NCBI RefSeq assembly: GCF_000143415.4
Contig: NW_003314383.1
Span: forward strand, 328,145 to 392,144
Length of the DNA: 64,000 nt
Direction: 5' to 3'
Origin: Selaginella moellendorffii
Lineage: Eukaryota > Plantae > Lycopodiophyta
Every line of letters begins with the position of its first letter. The stretch's first letter is position 1. Shown here piece by piece: positions 41,189-52,500 of this stretch. The position numbers and the translations under genes are program-made. The notes beneath the pieces are model-generated. The model saw only the letters and a list, made by a program, of their open reading frames with translations. It searched no databases and had not been told where the DNA came from.

Positions 41189-42819
41189 AAGCTCTATTTC
41201 GTTAAAGTGGGATTTATTCAGTAAAATGGGACTAGGTACAAATTTTTAAGTATTTGAAAATGACGTGAAATTATATGTTTTTTGTCTAGGGGCTAGACAT
41301 ATCTGGGGTATGGTGACTAGCGCGGTGACTTTGTGTCCAGACTGAGTCCATCTGGTTGTATAATAAATCTCATTGTCAAGGTGAACAAGCCGAATCTGAA
41401 GCTAAAGAAGAGCGATGGCATGCGCGCACACACTATTTGTTTGTTCATTGAGCGTGTGGTGAGCTTTCCAAGATGAACGTCATTCCTATTAGCCAGACAT
41501 ATAACTTAATGGTGAGAACATTTAGATATTATTCAATGTTATCTTTTTCTAATGAATCTAATTGTGAAGGTGTAGCAAGAGGCATTGCTAGTCTGGAGAA
41601 GTCATTTAACTCATTTGACCCTTAGTGTATTTTCATGAAACTAAATAACATTCATATTATTAAGGAATTTCTCTAGTACCTTTTTTTTACGACATAGAGG
41701 CTTGCATTTCTTTCAAAGGTGATTTAGTAAAAGGCTTGAGGGCACATGCCATTCTATTTCTCAGACCAGTATTAAGATATACTAGTGCAAAGGGAAAAAG
41801 GTATTTGGTGATCAAGTAAATGGCATGAGGGCACACGCCATTATAAGCCTAAGCGCTAGTGGACACCTCCTTTTTGGTACTCTCAGCGGTACTATCATCC
41901 TTCTCCGGGTCAGTTGTTTTGCTTTGGATTGTTGTCTCTAACGTTACTGGGGCATTCTCGATAGTTGTTAATGTTGCCGTTTGTTCAGAAAAATGATCAC
42001 CTAGAGTATAGTACGGGGAGTTTGGAAGACTTATATATTTTACATCTTCACCTATCTCCTTCTCCGTCTCCTTTTCTGCCTCACTTACAGATTTTGTGCT
42101 TGCCATGAGAACGCTCTTCACCCTAAAATATGGAGTTCATTGTGTTATAAAAGGAAACCAACACACACGCTGCAAGGGAATGATGGTACATAAAGCACGT
42201 AAGCCCACAATATGGGTTTATGTGCCATTAATATGGGCCACATGCCATATTATTAGATTTATGCACGTGTGATTGGTAAATGCATATGTCACATCATTTT
42301 TGTTTTACCTCACACACTATATCAGGCCTAATGAACCATATCACATGTGCGCACATGCTATATATATGGAGAAGTATTATGCAAGGATAGAAAAATTCAA
42401 TGCATGATTGTGGAGAGCAATGGCATGAAGCCACATGCTAAATAACATTTTAGAGAAAGAATTAAAATAGAAACATGCAAACACTACTGAGTGGACCAAG
42501 ACTTAGAAGTGCACAATTGAATGAGGTATTTCTAATAAATATTTCACTCACCTTATATAGGAATGGCTACCACTCTCAAATGGCATATCGCCTCATGCCA
42601 TCACCTCGCAATTTGTTATAACAATCCGATGAATTCATATTCGGCTTGTTCACCTTGAACTTTAAGTAAGATTTGCTAGAACAACTAAGAATTTATACTT
42701 GTTATTTGTATCATCTCACCTAGGAATGGCATAAGGCCACATGCCATCACGCCTCCTCTGATTCAGATTCAGATTGTTCACCTTGAAATAAAATACATTA
42801 GAAACTTAGTAAAGGAATA

Positions 42820-45800
42820 TTAATGAATCTCACCTTGAACTCGGGTTATGAATGCTCTTGTTGCATCTCTTGCATGGTCTGGCAAGGTGATGGTGGCACT
42901 CTGCTTCCGCATCCAACCATGCACAACATTATCCACTGATATGCTCATGCTGAGATCCCTTGGATTCAGCACCCATCTCTTTTCTAGGCAATCCTTTGTA
43001 TATCCAGAACTTGGCTTGAACCACTCCATAGTTACATTGAAGGAGTTAGTTTCCGCGTCCTCCTCTGCATCAGTGATGCAGTGCCCCACCCATATCATTT
43101 GTTTTTTATTACTGGGTCTGACAAGCACGACCATTCCTTTGCAGACCTGTACTGGATTGAATGCTGAATTCGGCTTCTTGTTCCTCGGCCCACAATAGTG
43201 ATCCTCAACATCGTTATCTGTCACTGCATTTCCAGAGGACATTGTTCCGCTACTATCTGGTGCTCTGGGTTCTGGCCAAAAGGACTCTTCCAATTCTTCA
43301 TATACAACCGGCCCATTTTGGATAGTAGATATAATCTTCTCCCAGTATTCGAGCAAAGGCTTGCACCTCTGAAAATAGGATTCTCCACCAAACACCAACC
43401 CCCTCTTCCAAAAGGCAATATGCTGTCTAATCCCGGCCACTATACTTTCCTGGTCTTTGAGTCCATCCGGGTGCGTCGGCCGTGGGGAACCCTGAGGAAT
43501 CATAGGTTCCTTAGTTATGGGATCTCTCTTGAAGAGTTCAATGCCGTCCACTGGCAGCCACACTGTGTCCCATTTTCTCATCTTGTACTTCATCACTGGA
43601 GCACCGTCACGCATGCTGAAATGAAACTGAAGAGGCTTGGAGTGGCCAATCAGCGTTTCGGATCCGTCCCTGATGTAGCCTCTTACAAACCCCTTAAAGT
43701 CTGGAACCTCTGTCACAAGTGCAGCTTCAACAGTGCCTTTGATGCAATTTTGGAATTCATCGTAGAGTTGTGGGAGGGTGAGGACATTGGATCGCTGGAG
43801 GGACTTTGCCAAGTGACTGAACATGGCATCGACGTCTTCATGAGTGTGCCCAACAATGAGAAAGCCAAGTGTAACTATTTCAAATATGCCTTTGGCAACA
43901 AGCATCGCCAAGTACGCGAAGACGTACATGTTTTTGTTCTCACTGCCAGCATTGTCTGTTTGGAGCAGAAGATGGGGTGGAAAGCCACATCGGCCGCAAG
44001 AACTTCCTTGAGATTCTGCTTCGTTTGGATGAGGCTGTGCATTCACCGGGCGACCAGCCTCGTCAGAATGGCATGAGGCCTCACGTGATAACCCTACAAT
44101 CTGACGGCCAACATATTCACTAGGATGGCATGGGGCCCCACGCGATACTGCAAGCCTTTGCTCCTCCTCCAGCTGAACCCTGTATGGGGTTCAATCGACA
44201 AGGGCCTTATGCAAGGGTTGGCCGTTCAGCTCAGTCTGCGCACTTTGCAGAGACCTTAAGTGTTTTGCTAGGGACGCAATCATCATGTTTGCACCCCCAC
44301 CACCCCATAGAGGTACAAAGAAGTTCCCATAGTTCTGGGCACCATGCCCATGAGCGATTATGCCAAACAGAGACATAGGCAGCTGCATGGATGAAGAGAT
44401 TGCCTTGGGGGCAGGATTGAGTCGAGGTAAGCACGTCTTTTTCTGGTCCATTTTGTCGTGGATGATGCAGAGGTAAGAGTCAGGTCTCTCCATGGAGAGA
44501 ATCCTGTTATGATAATATGCAGTCCTGTAGCTTCTCTGCTTCTCTGCTGTAGCCACCTTCTAACCAACATCTCTCGCTCTTGAGCGCTGCAAGAATTCTT
44601 TGACAAAGCCATTTTGATAGCAGTGCACTCGTCACACTTTGAAAAGCTGGAGTACTTTCCTATACTCACATCCCTGAACCTGTTGCTCCACAATCTACTA
44701 AATCTAGATTGGCTTAGCTTCCTGTAGCCATTACTCTGGAGTTCCCGATTCATATCTTCCAATATGGCCCCCTTGGTATACATGGAAGGGAGAATTTGTT
44801 GGGTGTCTCGTGTTCCATCTTCCAAGAGGCGGGTTTTATGTGGTTGCTGCTTGCTACATGTCTCGACAAACCTCTTGAAGATTGCCTCTCCATATACAAC
44901 ATGACCCCTGGTTTTGTGCGTACCGTCGTTCCCATGGACTGCCTGTTGAACCCTTTGTTCCTCGAACTCAGTTTTGATTCTGTAGAATGTGGTTCGAGGG
45001 ACTCCATAAATGATTCTCCATGCCTTCATGCAGACCAAACCCCTCTGGAAGACCATGCCCCCCACCTGATGTTCTGAAGCATCAACAGATGACCGTAATG
45101 CCTCATACACAAAATTGTGAGCTGCCTTCCAGGACAATGTCTTGTATCTTGCTCTCTCCTCTTCAATAGCATCCCAATCAGCATGTTGACAGCACCTCCT
45201 CTTGCAACAAGCAATTGTCGAGACCATTCGAACCTCCATCGCCATTTTCTACCTTTTCGATTTGTTGCTCAGATCCCTTTGGCTGTGCTTTAGGAAGGTG
45301 TACTTTCTTTTCCCATGAAGAGATGTTCTGTCATCAGTTGTAGTGGTGTTTGATTGTGAATCCTTCACATTCTCAAACACTAAGTGCCTCAATTTCCACC
45401 GCACAATGCTTCCAATAGTCAGATTGTTTTCTTCTGTGTCAACAACCTCTAAAATCGCAACTCCAATATCATCCCAGCCCAATTCTTGATTAGCAACCGC
45501 ATCTCTTGGATCGACAACTGTGGCTAAGCCCTCAGTTACCACCTCCCCCTCAGGGTTGTTTAGAAACACCTTTGCCTGAATCCATGTAGCACGGTTCTTA
45601 AGATCCACGGAGGGAACATGCGTCGCAGTTGCGCTGTCCCCAACATCTGCTTTCTTCTGAAGATTTTTCAAGGCAACAACAACATTTACCCCGACGACCA
45701 TCTCTCCTCGTTCAATAGCGACCACATTCCCATCGAAGATAGTCTCTACTGATATAGCAGCATTGCCTTCCCCAAGCCTTTGACAGTGTATAACAAAGTT

Positions 45801-45886
45801 CCGATCCATAGACACAAGCGTCCCTTTTGCAACTCTCTTCCCACCATTCAAAATGTAAACCTTTTCCCCAACCCTGAAGGCGATTC
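42820..45886 (-). pseudogene. Sola3-like DDD transposase (two in-frame stops, one frameshift); 5' exon(s) not located
   Basis: IIHDKMDQKK, GGANMMI, LLQTDNAGSENKN, FLIVGHTHEDVDAMFS, FSKCDEC. ORFs 45249-45851 and 44358-45245 are co-frame across a TAG. ORFs 44191-44556 and 42820-44046 are co-frame across a TGA. Frameshift at ~44555. Confidence 0.85.
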
Positions 45887-46072
45887 TGAAAGTGCAGAAA
45901 AGAAGTTAAGACCATACAAAAAATGATTGGAGAATGGCCTAAATCATAACATACCAAACAACCTCAATAGCATGAGGCCACATGCCATTATTCAAACATG
46001 CTATTGACACCCACGTGAAATTTCGCATTCACAAAATTGGCATGAGCCCTCATGCCATTAGTGGTACCACTA

Positions 46073-46264
46073 ATGGCATGAGGCCTCACGCTATCTTTGG
46101 CCCCTACTAGCCTGTTGCTATACTCCTTTTACCTTGCTGCAACTGTCTATATTTTTGTGGCCATGACTAGTCACCCATACAAAAATATATACAGTTGCAG
46201 CAAGGCAAAAGGAATATGGCAATAGGCTAGCAGGGGCCAAAGATGGCATGAGGCCTCATGCCAT
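46073..46264. repeat. ~190-bp near-perfect inverted repeat (hairpin) centred on TGACTAGTCA
   Basis: The left arm atggcatgaggcctcacgctatctttggcccctactagcctgttgc... is the reverse complement of the right arm ...gcaataggctagcaggggccaaagatggcatgaggcctcatgccat. Confidence 0.92.
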
Positions 46265-46710
46265 CTTGATATACACACAGCTGCAGGCAAGTAAAAACAT
46301 ACATGACAATACGCTAGCCATGAAATTGCAAGGGCCCAAGATGGCATGTGGCCTCATGCCATTTTTAAATGTGGTCCTAAGCCATTCCATGGTGAACATA
46401 CTAGGAAGCACAAGTGCCGAATATCAAGAGGAAGCGGTAGCCACACCAAAGACAGTGCCACTCGCAACACCGCAACTACTCGTAGCGCCGCTCGCAACAC
46501 CACAACTGCTCGTAGCGCCGCTCGCACAAACTGCCACTCGCATAAACTGCCGCTCGCAATGGCGCTCGCAATGCCGCAACCGCTTGTAAACGCATAAACC
46601 ACAGCTCACAACGCCGCTTACACAAGCAGCACTCACTGCACTCAGCGGAACCAAGAACACGGCGCACAAAAATGATAGACCTAGGAATGAGTTTGAGAAT
46701 TCAAAAATAA

Positions 46711-48632
46711 CACACGCTTGAACGTCACATCAAATCCTCTGACAAACCAGATCTTATGATTCCTCTGACAAATTTCAAACTGAGTAGCTTCTAGACTTTG
46801 CTGTCGGACGTTGAACTTTGTCACATCATGTCCTTGCCTCGATCCAGCTGTGCCATGTCAGTGATTTGAACTTTGCTATGCCGTGTCAGCGATCCGCACC
46901 AAGATTATTCGCCGTGTAAAGGAATAATTATGTTGTGTGTGTACGTCCATTTATGGCAATATAAAGCCACACGCCATTCAAAGAATAATGCTAGTCGAGC
47001 ATTTTTTGGTGCATTTTTTGGTTCAAAATTGCATGAGCCCACACGCTATAAAGTTTACCTATACCAAAAATAGAAACAACTTTATTTACTTGGGAATTTA
47101 AGTGGTTGAGGCATTTTTAAACTTACAAACACATGCCCTACTTACATTCCTTTGGTTGCTTAAAATTCAAAAATATTATAAACCTTTCTTTTTGCATTCT
47201 CAATGTTTTCAATTATGGTTTTTGATTTTCACAGGATCAGCCTAGTAATCTATTTGCATCCCGTCATGTTTATAGCTAGCTTTCGTTTGTCCCCTTTGCT
47301 AGCCTGAGATACATCTGCTCGGCATCTGCCTCTTACAGCATTTGCCCAGAAAGGGCATCTTTCTTCACGCAGCATTTGCCACATGTTTAGGGTTTAGGAT
47401 TTAGGGTTTAGCAATTCAGTAGCTTGATAAACATGCAAATACAGAACTTGATGCAAAATCCTTTGATATGTCACAATGCCCCTAAAATCATAAACACATT
47501 TCAATAGAGAGGGTCCTTTCATTTCATAACTCCTTACGTAGATCTTGGTGAAACCAAAGTTAGTGAAGTTAGTTTCTTGTGATCCCACATCTGATTGTGA
47601 TGTCCCTTTGCAGTGTCGATGGAAAGGTCAATGCACACCAAACTGTAAAATCTTGGAGCAAAATAACGGTCGGATCTATGGCAAATGCCCCTGAAACATT
47701 GTAAGGCTCGTGTGGTCTCATGTGGTGTCTGATCGAGATGCTTCTTTGCAGGGTCATCAGGAAAGATATTGTATACCATTCTGTAAAATCTAGTTGCGAT
47801 CTAACGGTTGGATCTCCAGAAAACTCAAAAAAATCTCGTGCGTGTTAGAATATTCTAGGAATATACTCCTATGTGCCCCTGAAAATGGCATGCGGCCCCA
47901 CGCCATTCAAGAGATAACAAGAAATGATGCCGAGCATTTTTTGGTGCATTTTTTGGGATCAAAATTGCATGAGCCCACACGCTTGAACGTCACATCAAAT
48001 CCTCTGACAAACCAAATCTTATAATTCCTCTGACAAATTTTAAAGTGAGTAGCTGCTAGACTTTGCTGCCGGATGTTGAACTTTGTCACATCATGTCCTT
48101 GCCTCGATCCAGCTGTGCCATGTCAGTGATTCGAACTTTGCCATGCCATGTCAGCGATCCGCGCCAAGATTATTCGCCGTGTAACTGCTCGGCATCTGCC
48201 TCTTACAGCATTTGCCTAGAAAGGGCATCTTTCTTCATGCAACATTTGCCACATGTTTAGGGTTTAGGGTTTTGCAATTCAGTAGCTTGATAAACATGCA
48301 AATACAGAACTTGAAGCAAAATCCTTTGATATGTCAGGACCATAAACACATTTCAATAGAGAGGGTCCTTTCATTTCATAACTCCTTACGTAGATCTTGG
48401 TGAAATCAGAGTTAGTGAAGTTGGTTTCTTGTGATCCCGCATCTGATTGTGATGTCCCTTTGCAGTGTCGATGGAAAGGTCAATGCACACCAAACTGTAG
48501 AATCTTGGAGCAAAATAACGGTCAGATCTATGGCAAATGCCCCTGAAACATTGTAAGGCTCGTGTGGTCTCATGTGGTGTCCGATCGAGATGCTTCTTTG
48601 CAGGGTCATCAAGAAGGACATTGTATACCATT
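46711..48632. repeat. Internal shuffled segmental duplication in the transposon spacer
   Basis: ~46711-46919 matches ~47976-48184; ~46968-47047 matches ~47899-47983; ~47316-47781 matches ~48186-48632. Confidence 0.88.
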
Positions 48633-49529
48633 CTTTATTTAGCTGAACATCTGGCATTTTTGGAAATACAAGATGCTTTGGAATATCCAATCATGCATGG
48701 TATAAATATAGCGAGGGTATTAAATGATATCCCAATCATGATCTTTCTTTTGGATTTCGCGTGCATGCAGTCCGAGGAATGATGACGTTGCAGATTTCTT
48801 TTGGATTTCACGTGCATGCCAGAAATTAATGGTGGTGCCCAAGTCCGAGGAATGATGACGTTGTGGGATTACCAACCGTCGTGACATTTTGCGCGTGTGA
48901 GGTTAGGTTTTGCATCGTACTTGCGCTCGCACACTCGCGCTCGCATCGCGCTCCAACTCGCGATCACGCTCACATTCGGGCTCATCTACCTTCTCTACAG
49001 GTTTCTCGTGTGCATCGGCGTCCACTCGCGCTTGCATCACACTCGCGCTTGCATCGCGCTCGTGTGCATCGTCGTCCACTTCAAGACACACCCAGTTTGT
49101 AACTTCGCTGCCAACTCCGCCACCCACTCCGCCACCCACACGCAGCCCACTTGGCGTCCCGGGAGATTTCAGCGCCACTCTCCAACTGTAAGTGGCAGAG
49201 TAGCCTTGCTGCTACGATCTGCTGCACACACAGTGCACATTCGCCAGCGAGTCCGGCCTCGATTGTCATGCCGCCATTCGGCTTCAAATGGTAAGTCTTT
49301 TAGGCCAAGTAGAAAATGGCATGAGGCCACATGCCATTCAGTAGCAACATTGTCATGCACCGATTGGGCTCTCGAGTGCAGTCCGGTTACAGATGGCGTG
49401 TAGCCTCACGCCATCTTAGGATGCAGCCTCAAGACATCTGATGTAGTGGTGAATGGCGTGTGGCCTCACGTTATTTCCAGCTGCTAGCTTTTCATCTGTC
49501 AGCTCTAATTGTTGTGCATTTCTGAACAG

Positions 49530-52500
49530 GCGAGGAATTGCGTTCTTCTTCCAGCCACTGTCAATGTGGATGCAGAGAAGGGGGAGGAGCTCACCAGTTG
49601 GACTTTCGGGATGGAAGGCAAGGATCTGAGGTTGTACAACACAGATGGTGGGAGAAAAGAATGCATGGGGATCCTCATCCAAGTGACAGACACTCCATGC
49701 AGTTCCATGCAAGAATATGGACTGGCACTTGTGGTAGAGACAGCGTCCGCCTTCAAGATCCACCTTGCACATCCTAGCGGCTTCCCGGAGGGGGGCAGCG
49801 GCTATGAGGAATTCCTAGAGGGAGCTAGGGAGAGGTTGTCCAGGAGGCCCACAATTTCAAAGACGCTGCGGGTCTATGAAGATCACATGGAATCCACGGA
49901 CCTCACCTACGGCGATGTTCAAAAACTATATTCCAACATTGAGCCGTTGAGAGTGCCTCCAGTTCGCAAAGCAAAGGGGAAGGGGGTCGATCTGGAAACT
50001 ACCCCAAAGCAGAAAAGGGTGGTCAAGCTCAAGCCAACGTCCAACTCTCCTGCTCCAAAAAAGAAGCTACTCGGTGATGCCATTGTCTCGGGTTCGAACA
50101 CTACACCCACCAAAAAGAAGAGCCGCAAAGAGCAGAAAGAGCAAGAAGAGGCAGCAAAAATCGTCGCAGATAATAGTACTTGTTACTATTCCAACAAAGT
50201 ATATACAATCGACGTGAGCCGTATCGACATCCAAAGCAAATACAACCACAGGCTAGTATCTGATGAGTGGGTGGAGAAACTGAAGCAGAAGATGCTGGCA
50301 AGTCCAGTAACACCCGACATCGCAGACGTGATCCCCTACTACCGAACAATGAAGGGCGAGACGAGGTTTCCAGACTTGATCAATAAGAAGGTGTTGGACG
50401 ATCAGAACATCTGGTTCTATGCCGTCTCCGGGCAGCATTCTAGCTTGGCGATGCAAGAGATAGTTGTGGATATTATGGTGGGCGGGGAGGTGAAGAAAGT
50501 CTTCAAGACAAGAGTTGTCCGCCTGATAAAAGGCAACTCGCCCCTCCGATCTATCATATACATCTCCCACGCGCAGAATGTCAAGCAAGAAACGTGCTAC
50601 AAATCGGGTCTACACGAGACATTGGCATGAACACGGAAGCTCTGGATTCAACTGAAGAAGCCACAAAAACCAGGACAAGGACGTGCACTAGCAACTAGCG
50701 CCTGGCAGGTAAGCCTCGTTGCATATGGCATAGTATGCGGCCTCACGCCATTTCTATTGCAGGAATTCTCGAGTCTTCTCTCGAAAACACTGGGGGTCAA
50801 TGACACACTCAGCATCCATAACATTCTACTCGCGACAAAAGTTGTTTTTGACAAATGGGTAGATGTGCTGAGGAGGTACTATGACGGGGAGTTGCTAAAC
50901 TCAATAGGTGTGGAGGACAGCCGAAAACCCAATGATTTGAAGCTCAACGCCTTGCGTTTCTCGCGGTCTCTAGACGACGACGACCTTCTGACAGTGGCTA
51001 ATGCTCTTCTACGTGGTGAGGTAGTCTTCAACAAGACCAAAATGACTCCCGGCCATATTGTGACATACGAGGACTTGTGCAAGACTCTGAGAGCTCGTGC
51101 GCTATTGAAGGATTGGATCTTCGAGCAAGTGGCCGTGGAGAAGGTGAGCATCGACACCACGCAAGAGATGATGGAAGCGCTGGAGTTGTCAAATGAAGAC
51201 ATCGACGAGTACGTGAAGGGGGCCCCCAAGTTCATCGATCTGCTGCGGGATGCCACGAAAAGTAAAGCTGAGAAGTTGGATCAGTATCCAAATTTCATTA
51301 AGAGGGATGTCGACCACCGGCTTCAGAAACAGCTCGACCCCGCAGCAGAGGCCTATCGAGAACCTTACTGAGTATACGTGAATTTGGATGAGGATCAAAG
51401 GTGGAGGAGCATCGTTTCCCGCGGAGATGAGCAGGTCAAGAACATCTTTTGTGTGATGGACTTCACAAACGAGGAGATCACTCATGCAGACGAAGTCAGC
51501 TCCATCATTGACTTAATGGTGGGACTTGCGGAGGTGGAATCTTCAGTCCACTATATGATCTACGACTTCGAATCCTATCACAAGTTCTAGAAGGCCTTGA
51601 ACGAGGTGAAGGCTTGGTTGAAAGGCAAGGAAATGCGGGAGATCCATGGGATAATGGCTAAGAAGAAGATACCGATGAATGTCCACATCTTCACACTCAC
51701 CCTTGTTATTGGTCCTGCAGTAGAGTGGGACTAGAGTGACTTCCCAGCTTCGTTCGATAAGGCCGATCGAATTGATCTGAGGGAGGTCAATTTACCCATG
51801 CCTGAGGAACTGAAGACGGCTATGGAGCTTTCGAATCCAAAGAAAGCTCCAGGTGCAGCATGGGAAATGCTCAGCTGGGTCTTCAACGTAATAGCGGGTG
51901 GGTCACCTGCTTCCGACTCCAAGGGCAAATGCGTTGTCGAGTACAACTGCGGCGGACTATTCTTTCGAGCCGCACTACTCAAGGGTGTCCCGTGTGTTGC
52001 GGTGACAAACTCCATTGAAGAGGTGACTTCAATGGAGCATATAATTACAGTTGCCAAAGAAAAACAGTATCTTCTCTGCGAACCTAGTGAGTATGCACTT
52101 TAAGTTTAAATGTTATCTCACAAGCTCTGTATGCAGGAGCGTGGCCACCCCCAGATGCTGAAATGGCGTTAACAGCTACTGTTGAAGATACCCATGTTGG
52201 GCCGAGCTCACAACCTGCACAAGGTAAGGTCACGTGAGGCCTCACGCCATTTTGATTATAGATCGTTGTGAATATTCAGACACGAAGACTGAAAAGCGCA
52301 CTGGTGGCACGTCGAAGAAGGACAAACAGACAAGCAATAGGAAAAAAGGAGGTACAAATTATATTTGCAATGGTGTGTGGTCTCATGCCATTCCTTGCAG
52401 GAGACACTTCTTCAAAGGCAAAACAGGCAAGCACCAGCCAAGCTCAAACTGACAGTGGTCATAAAAAGTGAAAGCACGTTGGACAGTCGTTGGGATCAGA

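Noticed and set aside
43198-44076. 292-aa plus-strand ORF
   Set aside because: Antisense to the transposase; no motifs.
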